Positions 13,241-24,659 of a stretch of 64,000 bases of DNA are shown here, in pieces. Source of the stretch: Callorhinchus milii (taxonomy: Eukaryota); the NCBI RefSeq assembly GCF_018977255.1, contig NW_024704743.1:98086001-98150000 (forward strand), given 5' to 3'. The notes below the pieces were generated by a model that had not been told where the DNA came from, searched no databases, and worked only from the letters and a program-made list of their open reading frames with translations. A program made the translations under genes and the position numbers. How positions within the stretch are numbered: position 1 is the stretch's first letter; each line of letters starts with the position of its first letter.

Positions 13241-14539
13241 TCCTAACATTTAGTATATATCAGCTTTTACATCAAGAGGACGTCCTAAGGAGCTTCACGG
13301 CATATCCTGTAAAGTATAGGGATTGTATGTGTTTTGTGAGCAAACCCAGTCCTTAAACATTGGACATCAAGGATTGCGAATTCTATACCTTGAGATATAT
13401 CACACAGCACAAATTTCCCCCTATTTTACATTATACATCAATGTTTCATTTACTTTTAGGCAAATTTTTAACACATTGACCTAGGAAGACTGGCATATAT
13501 TCTGCCAGTTTTAATACGTCTTTTAAAACAAAGTTAACATATTTTCTGTGCAGCTAATTACTAATCATAATATCCCAATGAGTATATCTGGATTGTAGAA
13601 TTATTCTTGTACAAGTTGAAATATATACCGATAATTTTTAAACTAACTGCAAGAAATGTGTTTTCTGGCTGAATATTTAAACTTTTAATTCATTAAAAAT
13701 GAAAGCACAGCCTTAATTTTTTATCATTTTGGAATGAAGCCTAGTACTGAGGCAACAAAAAGAATGATGCTAACATTACAGTGACCGGGGATAAGCATGT
13801 CTGCAATATTACCATTTTCAATTTATTGTAAATCAAATGAAGGCTTTTCATTAATTTATTCTGTATTAAAATTGAGAAGAAGAATTCTCATTAAAAATTC
13901 ATGCTTCTCTATTACTACCTCAGTCAGCTTCCAAACACAAGGCTTGAGAAATTATGAAGAGCTTAGACTGAATTCTACCTCAAATTGATATTACGTAAAT
14001 GCTGACAGTATGCAGTGCTACCAACATTTATTTGGTGCAGCCTTGTATTTTCATTGTTCCCTTAAGATGCTCATTACAGAGGCATTGTACCAAATGAATT
14101 AATTACTCTGCACTTCCAAGTTTCTGTTAAAAAATTAATATGGAATTACAAACGAGAATTCAAACAAGGGAACTATAATGTAATTGCACTGAAATCTGAC
14201 ACAAGGAAATACTTCCAAAGATAAGTACAGCAGAGTGCACCTTTTACTCAGCCAGGCCACTTAATGGAGATCCAACAGAATACACTAGAATAAGGAACAC
14301 TGTAATATGATATCAATGGTTGTTGCTCTGAGAATAATAATAATTCTTGCATTTGATTTAGCACCTTAACACGTCTTCGAGATGTCTTAAAGCGCTTTCA
14401 CAGGATACCCTGTAAATGGAATTGACTGTATATTTTGTGATATAATGGTGGTATAACACACCATTATACCAATGCTTCAGTGAAAACTGATACAACTTCA
14501 TTTCTCATTCATTTTAATAAGGAAACAAATACTCCTGGT

Positions 14540-15015
14540 TAGTAATTTAAGGATTTCTGCAGCGTTGCTCATCGGCCCACCCTACATCTGCAATCTCATT
14601 CAACTCTAAGGGCTGTCTTCACTCAGCTTTATGACCCCAACCTTATCTACCCCACCATCAGCAGGCAGGCTTTCAGCCATTCTGCTCCATGCTCACTGCA
14701 ATTCCAATCCAGATTCACTCCCTCCCCTCATTCAAACCATTTTTCAAACCATACCTCTTTGGCCATGCTTTTGTTTATCTTTCCTTTCCTCTCCCCACCC
14801 CTTTGGCTTCCATCCCCCACCCTCTCGGCTTCCACCCCCCACCCTCTCAGCTTCCACCCCCGTGCACCCCCTCAGCTTCCACCCCCGGGCACCCCCTTAG
14901 CTTCCGCCCCCCCACCCCCTCGGCTTCCACCCCAGGTCAGGCGCTCATCCAGCACTGTGAATGTGCTTTGGGACATTCTCCTAATGTGAAAGGCACAATA
15001 GAAATGGAGATTGTA
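14540..15015 (+). mobile_element. L2 3' fragment with internal minisatellite
   Basis: gcaggcaggctttcagccat...aaaccatacctctttg; tail tgctttgggacattctcctaatgtgaaaggcac. Confidence 0.65.
14796..14933 (+). repeat. C-rich minisatellite, about 6 units of 21-25 bp
   Basis: Repeating core ccctc(a/g)gcttccaccccc(ac). Confidence 0.85.
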
Positions 15016-15486
15016 TTCTATAGCATTGTATCAGCAGCGAAAGGAGAGAAGGAAAGGGACCAGTTTAAAACTGGGGGTCGTTGGATTGAAAACAAAAGTA
15101 AGTTGTTAATTAGGACAGAAATAGGAGGGAAATGGGTCCTTGTGAATTACAGCTGTTCTCTGATGTCACATACTGGAGGGTGATAATGGGGGGAGGAAGA
15201 AATTGAAGACTGAAGACATTAGGGATGATTCCTGCTTCTTCAAAACATCCTTACCAAGCTATTGTAGCCTGCTTCTATTCACAGGATGAGAGAATCTCCA
15301 ATAATATGATTGCTTTCTGATAATTCAGTGTCAAAATTTGCTTTTTAACAAATCGCTGTTATACAATTCCTTTCACATAGGATGACAGTCTCAAAGTACT
15401 TCTTTACTTGCATTATATATGGAATGTATATAAAAAAACAGATCCACAAATTTTCCAATTACGGTATTTAAAACTGTCAAACCGTG

Positions 15487-15686
15487 GGCTTGAAATTCCA
15501 CTCAGTCTCAGCCTGTAAGACTATTTTGCTTTAGAATGAAACAATAATGCTGACTTGTTGAAAGTTCTTAAAAATGTTGCAGCTTCTGAATTGAGATTGA
15601 ATTTAAGAATGTTTCACAATTCTGAGAATCTTAAATTTTAAGACAAAATGGTCTCAAGTGGCTAAAATTAGGTTGAATTTCAGGCC
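15487..15686. mobile_element. Palindromic MITE-like element (~200 bp)
   Basis: Termini ggcttgaaattc / gaatttcaggcc; inner arms agactattttgctttagaat vs attttaagacaaaatggtct. Confidence 0.6.
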
Positions 15687-16357
15687 TTGTGAATCTTAAA
15701 CAGGCTGCATAATACCAAATTGAGTTCAATACAGACGTCTTTCATTTAGATCCCAACGGTATTCCTGGATACTGGCTTACTTGTGGATGGAGAATGACTA
15801 TTTCTGACGCTGAAGTGTGAACATGACTTGCTCCATTTACTTAAAGTGGAATTTATGTCCCACACTGCAACAGCCATTTGTTGTTGACTTTGTCAAACAA
15901 AACAGAAGCAAATGGCATCAGATATGTTCTTTCATTTCTATGCAAGAAGCACTGTTCAAAAAAGATGTGAAACATGAGCCTGGAATTTCATAGACTATTT
16001 AGTACCTCATCTGGAGTGGAGAAAGTGTTTGAGAGCGTTAAACAGAATGACATTGAAGTTCATCTAAAGAGCACCAAGACAATAAGGTGTTGTCACCATG
16101 ACTTTAGATAAAATAGATCACGTAAAATGAATCTACTTATTTAATGAAGTAACTAAATTTGTGGATGACAGCAAGCTTAGGGTCAACCCTTGCACCAGAG
16201 CTGTGAAGTCACGATATCGGCGGACATTCCAATAGAGTGCTTCAGATGATGTGTTAAACTGAGGTCCCATCTGCCTGTTGAGGTGTTTCTTAAAGATCAC
16301 ATGGCACTACTCAAAAAGAGGAGGGTGTTTCTCCCGGTGTCCTGGCCAACTATCAAT

Positions 16358-16760
16358 TGTGTGTCATCCTGCTTCAGTTGGTAGCACTTTCACTTCTGAG
16401 TAAGAAGATTTTGGCTTCAAGCCCCATGTCAGGACATGGAACTCAAAGCACTAAACTGACACTCCAATGCAGTACTGGGCATTTGCTACATTGTAGGAGA
16501 TGCCGATCTTCGAATAAGACGTTAAATCGAAGCCCTGCCTGCCTGTTCAGGTGGATGTTAAAGATCCCATGACCATATTTCAAAAAAGAAGCGAGTTTCC
16601 CCACTATCTTGAAGACAAACCCCACCCACATAAAATTGGTCACTGACTTAATGGCTGTTTGAGGGGCATTGCTATGCAATGAGGGATAGGTTGGAGCACC
16701 TTGGGACGTCCTCCCGACATGAAAGGCGCTCTATAAATGTAATTTTTTTGTTGTTGTTGG
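16358..16760 (+). mobile_element. Older tRNA-headed Deu-type SINE
   Basis: Head gcttcagttggtagcact...ggcttcaagcccc (A/B-box-like); body cctgcctgttcaggtggatgttaaagatcccatg; L2-type tail with (TTG)n. Confidence 0.75.
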
Positions 16761-16944
16761 CCAGAACACCAGGACACTGACACCTTTCTCTTTTAAACAA
16801 GTTTCTAAAATGTGAAAAGAGCATATGCCCAGCTCAATTGATGGAATCTAAAGCTAGGGAGTATTGAAAAGGCAATTCTCAAAGAACAAACAGTACCCTG
16901 AATATATTAATCAGTTAACCCACCAGGACAAAGAATCACATAGT

Positions 16945-17925
16945 CTAAGATGACACTCCAATACAGTGCTGGGGGTGTGCTGCATTGTTGGAGATGACAT
17001 CCTTCGGATGAGACATTAAACTGAGGTCCCATCTGCCTGTTAAAGATCCTATTGCACATTTCGAAAAGAGAAGGGACTTTTCTGGCTTTATAAATAGAGG
17101 CATAGAATACAAAAGTCAGGAAGTTATGATAAGTCTTTATAAAACGCCGGTTAGGCCTCAGCTAGAATACTGTGTTCAGTTTTGGCCACCACAGTTTAGG
17201 AAGGATGTCAAGGCATTGGAGAGGAGGCAAAGGAGATTTACCAGGATGGTACCAGGAATGAGGGACTTCCGTTAGCAGGAGAGGCTAGAGAAGCTAGGAT
17301 TATTCTCCTTGGAGCAGAGAAGATTAAGAGGAGACTTAATAGAAGTTTTAAAATTATGAGGGGATTCGATAGGGTGAACAAGGAGAAACTACTTCCACTG
17401 TCGGGTGGGTCAGTAACCCAAGGACACCGATTTAGAATAGTTGTTAAAACAAACAGAGGGGAGGTGAGGAGAAATTTTTTCACACAGCGAGTTGTCGGAT
17501 CTGGAATGCATTATCTAAAAGGGTGGTGGAAGCCAATTCAATAACAACTTTTGAGAGAGAAGTAGATAATTATTTTGGGAGGACAAGTTTGCAGGACTAT
17601 GGGGACAGAGCGCGGGGGAGTGGGATTGAATTGGATAGCTTTTTTTAAAGAGCAGGCACAGATACGATGGGCCAAATGACCTCCTTCTGTGCTGTATAAT
17701 TCTATGATTCTATGATTCTCCTGGTGACCTGGCCAGCAAATTCCCCAAATAAAAATTGGTCATTCACACCTTGGATGTTTGTGGGACATTGCTGTGAACA
17801 AACTAGCTGCGGCATTTCACTCACAAAATATACAGTCAATCCTCTTTAAAATATATCTTGTGAAACACTTTGAGACATTTCGATGATGTGATAAGGTGGT
17901 GAATCAAATGCAAGGATTACTATTT
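16945..17925 (+). mobile_element. Older Deu-type SINE split by a CR1 insertion
   Basis: Body runs to agaagggacttttct (17083) and resumes cctggtgacctggcc (17720); ends atcaaatgcaaggattac. Confidence 0.75.
17084..17719 (+). mobile_element. CR1 LINE, 5'-truncated
   Basis: ORF2 end LYKTPVRPQLEYCVQFWPP...RRNFFTQRVV; tail (ATTCTATG)n. Confidence 0.9.
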
Positions 17926-19157
17926 ACTCATATTCTGTGAAAGAAACATGAACTGCATACAAATTGTGCAGCGAATGTGGTGACTAGCATTGTGATGCTT
18001 AAATCGTGCTTTCTTGATAAATGTACTGATATAATAGGAACTTATGAATCACTTTCCAAAGCAGTAGCACAGTCACAGGTTCTGCTACATTTCCCGAACT
18101 CTGAAAATTGTACAGTTGCCTCCTGTTCACTCACTGTCAAGCTAAAAGTTCCAATGAGTCACATGCTTAGCTTTTGGTGGTGTTAGCTGCAAATGGGATT
18201 TCTCCATCACAGTCATGCATCGGCAAAGGTGCTCTACACAACATAATTTTTATCCCTAAGACGTGCTATTTTGCAGCTGTTGTGTATAAGAGCAATTTTC
18301 TATAACGGAATGCTTTTTCCATTAAGTGCTCTGAGACGCTGTGAAGGGCAAGTTGTTGTTATTATTAATCACAGAAATAAATTGGAAAAACTTACTGTGA
18401 AAATTGTGGAAAGAAATATTTTACCAAAAGGCACTTCTCTGCATGAATATTTTCACTATTTTGCAATAAGGTTTCATCTAAATTATAAAGGAATTCTAGT
18501 GTTCATGAGCTTTGGTGAACTCTTCTCTCTGTAATTCTTTTTAAACTCAGATCCTTTCTTTCTAGCTTATTGTTCAGAGGCTTTTCAAATTAAGCGAATC
18601 TTCTTTCTCTGACATGTGTCCTTTCGCTTGACACATTTTGAAAGGAATCATTTCCTCAATCTTGTACGATTTTTTTCCTGATCTTCCATGTCACTTCTAC
18701 CTTCTCTTCAATGTTCATTTCCTTCCAAATATCTCTCTCATTTACAACAAAATCCCTGTTTTAAGTTTTCTTTGATTTCTTCTGGCCTTATTAGCTCAGT
18801 TTCTTCCTTTGATTTTGTTGTTCTAATTCATCCACTCCTTTTCACATTTTTGATTGCTCGGTCAAATTCTCCTTTTCTAGTTGATTGTGGATTTTCCTTT
18901 TGTCTTTCACCTGACGTCTTGTTCTCTCTCCTGTTTGAAGCCTCTTGTCCCTCACATACAGCAACTAAATATCCATTGGCCTTATAAGGCTTGAGTTGCT
19001 GTTTTCATCCTTTGTTGCCTTTCCATCCTTCTAATGCTTGTTCCTTTCTCCCTTCACTCCATCTTCTCTGGAACTCTCTTCCATAATTCCTTCATCTTAA
19101 TGAATTTTTATAGTGACTATAATGCTGAAATGTCTCGAAACACTTCAAGTAATTACT

Positions 19158-19285
19158 GATCTTTCGTCATTGGCCTGAAACATTAACTCATTTTCCTCTC
19201 TCCATGGATGCTGCCTGACCTGCTGCGTGTTCCCAGCGACTTCTGTGTTTATACCAGATTTCCAACATCTGCAGTACTTTGCGTC
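19158..19285 (+). mobile_element. Penelope-like element terminal fragment with 9-bp TSD
   Basis: gaaacattaac...gatgctgcctgacctgctg...atttccaacatctgcagt; gtaattact at 19149-19157 and 19286-19294. Confidence 0.75.
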
Positions 19286-19420
19286 GTAATTACTATTGTA
19301 TGTAATGACTGTTCTTGTAAGTAAACACAACAGCTGTTTTGCACATTGTAAAGTCCCATAAACAGCAATGATGTGATCTCGGGAGTCAGTGTGATGAACG
19401 TTTCCTGCAGAAAAAGCAAG

Positions 19421-19801
19421 TAATAATAGAAATAATCTAAGTATTTGATATAGCATCTTATCACATCTTTGAGACAACTGAAAGTGCTTTACAGAATATA
19501 CTGTAAAGTGAAATTTTAAACTGTATTTTTTTGTGTGAAACATGGCAGACAATTGCACACAGCAATGTCCCACAAACAGTCATGGATTGAGTAAACAAAT
19601 TATTATTTTTATTATTCATCTATTTATTTTGAAGGGATTATTACCCCCGGAAAAGTGATGCACCAATCGACTAACAACCAGGTTCCTACTTAATGCTAGG
19701 TAAACAGAGGCGTGTGAAATAAGGAAATTTGCCCTGCCCGGGTATTGAACCCAGGTCCTCTCGCTTGCGAGTCGAGTGCTCTAACACAGAGCTACAGGAC
19801 T
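19421..19801 (-). mobile_element. tRNA-headed Deu-type SINE, long subfamily
   Basis: Minus strand starts agtcctgtagctctgtgttagagc; includes the extra ctctgtttacctagca...ttttccgggg block. Confidence 0.85.
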
Positions 19802-21829
19802 ACAATTTTACACATTACAAGTATTCAGTGACGGGTGGATATTCTCATGAAAATCCACTGTATGTCAATCAGCATCTGAAAGAGCAAGTTAGGTTAAGGT
19901 TTCGGTTACAATCTTTCTTCAAGACAGTTCCCAAATGTTGACCCACCAGATACCGATGGACCTGCTGTGGATTTCAAACATTTCTGGTTTTATATCAGAT
20001 TTCCAGCATTCACAGTTTCTACTCTGTGTTTCATCTATAATTCATTCCTGACCATCCTTGTAAACAAGTTTTCTCTTTTCCCTTGCATCTAATATAGTGC
20101 AAAATGTTTGGTGTTATGTCAGGGGAGTCGATCGCTCACAGTAGGTGAGGAGAACAATAGTAATGAAGGAGAACTGCTATTTGATGTCAGATACAACATA
20201 ACAATGGATATCGAGCACTCTGGAGAAAAACAAACTTCTTTCTCATACACAAAGGTATGAATGGCGGAGGATCGGGGGAAATGGTAGAGACTCTTTAAAG
20301 TACTTTTTGGATTAGAAACATAAAACTCGAGAAAGGAGTAAATTATAATCATTACAGCTAATCTCTAGGTGTAAACTACTAACTACAGACAGTATGCCTG
20401 TGTAATGTATGGGTGCTTAGGCAAGTTGCAAGATTGCAAGTTTCCTGCCCACCCACTTTTGTGTTAACAGAGATATTGGGATAATTGACATGAAATTGTG
20501 ATCTATTCATGACCTGACCTTTGTGAAGCTCTTCACTGTTCATATGGAGTAATGGTGATGTGCTTTAGTTTCTGGGAGAAATAACAAAGCAAACTATTAT
20601 TTGTGTACAGATTTCCAAAAGGGCAATAATCAGCAAGCTGGGAAGTTACATAATGATTATAGTTAAAGTAATCCTTAAATAATGCTTACATTTGATTTAG
20701 CGCCTTTCGTGTTGGCAGGATGTCTCAAAGCATTTCACAGAATATACTGCATCAGAACCTTAACATTCTAGAAAAATAAGGAATGGTGAAAATAAAGAAA
20801 GTATTTTGTTTCAAATAGAGATAACTGATTTTCCTGATCCATTTACTTCAAAATCTTTGGAATGTGCCAATGAATTCTTACCATTTCAGTCTCTTTAATT
20901 ACTTAGACCAAATCACTTTTCCTTTGCCTGTCATTTCATTGCAATCTGTAAAATGATGGCTTTGCTCCTAAGTAAGCCTGAGTCCACAGAAGGAGACCGG
21001 AGAGTGAGAGATCACAGGTTGGTTGATGATAAAGTGGCCAAGCTGACCTGAAATTGACAAGTCGGTTATTGCCAAGAGATATTGCAAATTTAATAAACTG
21101 TCCTATTCAAGACGATAATGCACTAATATGCAGGCAGGTTTCAAAGGTGCAAAATGATGGTTAATCTTTCCTGTGAAATGCTGCTGAAATGTTACAAGTT
21201 TTGAAGGAATCCATGAACAGACAGAAGGAATGCACGCGATTGGAACCACAATGTGGTTGGCGAGGCTTAGAATGATGACGGTGGATGTGAAATGTCTGAA
21301 CAGCAGAAAACTTAGGTCAGCACAACAGTGGGGTGCAACTTTTCAAAAGATTTTGTCAGAAAGCTATTTGCAGATCAATAGTTGCTTCATTTCTCTTAAT
21401 CTTGCTGTTTTTCGGGATGAAGATGAAAAGAACTGACACAAGTCAAAGCAAACTTTACCTTAGATGACTTTAATGTTGGATCAATTCCATATATTTCAGA
21501 GTAAAGGACTGTCACAGCATTAATTATCCCTGTTCATTCCACAGTAAATATATTAAAACCAACCTCCTAGATGATTTGCATCGTTCTTTAAACAGCTTCA
21601 AGCTGTTTCTGACTGTAACAGTTTATTCTTTGGAGCATATTTGTAATGCTTCTTCATTAAGGTAAGGGATGTCAATACTGTGTAACAAAACACTTTTCCA
21701 TTTCAGACACCCAGTACACCATTTAACTTGTCTGGATCAAATACCTCTATTACCTCCAAAACTGAGTAGTGCCTGGGGATGTTTAACGTCCATCTGAAAA
21801 GGCAAGCAGGAGTGGGCTGCTGAGATCCT

Positions 21830-22440
21830 AATTCACGTATTCATTACCTCCAGGCCTGATTATTCTAATAGCCTGGTCACTGGACTCCTAGCTGTTGCAT
21901 ACACAAGCTGTAGACCATTCATAACTCTGCAGCCCGTGTCGTCTCCCACAAATGGCTTCATAAACCCATAACCCTCATTCTCGCTCAGCTCCACTGGCTC
22001 CCTATCCCCTAGTAAATCAAGTTCAAGAGTATTATCTTCACTTACAAAGTGCTCTGGGACGCTCCCTGAGTGAGGGGCGCTATATAAATGCAAGTTGTTA
22101 TTTTTGTTACAAATGCCTTCACGACCTTGTACCTCTGTAACCTCCTGCAACTGTACTGCCCCAGCCACTCCCGCTTAGCAAACTGCTTCATACCCCCACC
22201 CATTCTGCCCCACGATCAGTGAGCGAGCTTTCAGCCATCCTGCCCCCATTCTCTGGAACTCCAACCTAAAGGTCCTCTGCCTTTCCCCCTCCCTCCCTCC
22301 TTTAAAACCCATCTTATTGACTGTGTTTCAGGGTCCCTTACTTCATTTTCCCCCACCCCACAGCTCAGGCTGCAGGTTGATTGTGTAAAGTGCTTTGAGA
22401 CTTCCTCCTGATGAGAAAGGTAAAAAATTGTTGTTATTGT
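21830..22440 (+). mobile_element. Decayed L2 3' fragment with an inserted short L2-type tail (~22045-22105)
   Basis: ITSRPDYSNSL and QLHWLPIP motifs; terminal gtaaagtgctttgagac. Confidence 0.65.
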
Positions 22441-23195
22441 AAATTGCCTGCAAATTGTCTGCCTGTGCACAGAAATGGACCTCCAATGACAGTAGCAGGC
22501 ATGGAGTGCTCGATCAGTGGATGCTCAGAGTGGAAAAGTATTCTCCATTCCTCATCTCACAAAAATAACATACGTGACTGTCAGATACTGCTGGAAGCAG
22601 TTCCCAGAAGGATGCAAACTTCCCCACAGAGTTAATTTGAATACAATAAATTAAGTCACTGCACACGGTGCTGCCGACACTCATTAACAGCTGACCTGCA
22701 TGTTTCTGTACCTTTGGCTTTTACTGTGCAAATGAAGTTGCACCTCGAAAAGAATTTACATCCTAGTTAAAAATCAAATGTGGCCGAGAGAGCAGCTTTG
22801 GGCTGTGCTGGTCCTATTAAATGGATCCCAGGAGTGATGAGAAGGCAGTAAGCTCATGACACCATAAAGCATAGGAGTGAAGCTCAATTGGTATACAGCC
22901 TGGATCTGAACCTCGAGATGAGACGACTGTCTTGGAATCACTGCTGAGTATCAACCAGTCTTTCAATAGATTGTAGAGATCATGGACTGGTTTTATTATA
23001 TTTTGAGGTTGTATTGTTTGGTAAAGTGGATTGGGTGCTAACCGATATTGAGGTCTGTTAGCTGTGTAATGACTTTAGCAGGGATTGAGGGGTAATCTTT
23101 GGGTCATGATTACAGAGTGACGATCAACAGCGGAGAAGCAGGAGGTAATACAGCAGTGGAATAGAGACGCGATGATTTCAAACAAAATTGGGAGC

Positions 23196-23650
23196 ATAGA
23201 AACAGGAGTAGGCCATTCAGCCCCTCGAGCCTGTTCCGCCATTCTATTATATCATGACTGATCTGTACCTCAACTCCATTTACCCGCCTTTGCTCCTTAA
23301 CCCTTAATACCCTGACCCTACAAAAATCTATCCACCTCAGTCTTGAAAATTTGAATTGATCCAGCATCCATAGCCTTATCGTGCAGAGAGTTCCAGATTT
23401 TCACAACCTTTTGTGTGAAAAAGTGCTTCTTGATTTCACTCCTAAATGGCCTAGTTCTAATTTTAAGATTCCCTCATCAGAGGAAATAGTTCCTCTGTAT
23501 CTAACCTATCAAATGTCTTTGTCATTGTAAGCACCTCAATTAGATCACCCCTCAACCTTCTAAACTCAAGGGAATACGAGTTTATGCAGCCTATCCTCAT
23601 AATTTAACCCTTTTAGCTGTGGTATCATTCTGATGAATCTGTGCTGTAGC
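23196..23650 (-). mobile_element. CR1 3' fragment
   Basis: catagaaacaggagtaggccattcagcccctcgagcc; minus strand encodes SLEFRRLRGDLIE. Confidence 0.85.
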
Positions 23651-24165
23651 CCCCCCCCCCGGGTCAATTGCTTTATAAGAACTTCTGGTAGCAAAGTGGG
23701 ATTTTATTCCACTAATTTTATTTGGTCGGCTGGGTGTCTGACACATGTGGAAACCTATCACCATACTTAATAGTATCCAAACCAGAGAGTTCCATGCATG
23801 CCACCTACATATAGAAGTTACTCTGTGTAACAGGAAATATATCCTTCATGGACTAGTTGTGCCAATGTTTTCATGCTGTAACTTTCTATATGACATAGAT
23901 GTGCAGAAACACCATTCTGACGCAATCCACTTTCAGAGCAGAGCTCCCGTGGCCAGGCCAGGCTTACAATACAATGCAAGCTACTTTTATATATTTTATA
24001 TAATTTACTGGGTGTGAGAGCCGAGGAGAGTGGGGAGGGAAAAGATGACCAAAATTGCAGTCAAAGAAGTATACATTCTGTTACTTGCCTTGAAAGAAGG
24101 GAAAGAGACACAGAGAGAGAGTTGGAAGAACTCCGCGATCTAGTTAAGAAATCCCATTTGAAATA

Positions 24166-24659
24166 AAAACAGAAATCGCTGGGAACACTCAGCAGGTCAG
24201 GCAGCATCTATGGAGAAAGGAAAGTGAGTCAAAGTTTCAAGTCTACGACCCTTCGTCAGAACTGGGCCATGTTGGGAGAGAGGCTTTTAAGGGCTAACAG
24301 AGAAGGGGAAGGGAGGGCAAGGAAGCCAAAAAAAGAAAATGGGGGATTATTTGCAGGTAATATGCAAAACATTCAGTTGCTGGATCCTGAAGTTATGCTC
24401 CTGGCCTGGCCACAGGAGCTCTGCTGTGAAAGTGGATTACCCCATTTTCTCCTTTGTCTTCCTTGTCCTGCCTCCCCCCTCTCTGTTAGCCCTTAAAAGC
24501 CTCTCCCTCCCTACATGCCCCGGTTCTGACAGAGGGTCGTGGACCCGAAACGTTGACTCACTTTCCTTTCTCCATAGATGCTGCCTGACTTGCTGAGTGT
24601 TCCCAGCGACTTCTGTTTTTGTTTCGGATTTCCAGCATTTGCAGTATATTGCGTTTTGT
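24166..24659. mobile_element. Penelope-like element with inverted terminal repeats and 14-bp TSD
   Basis: ~180-bp arms (24166-24345 vs 24440-24624) in inverted orientation; tcccatttgaaata at 24152-24165 and 24660-24673; hammerhead-like core in each arm. Confidence 0.85.
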
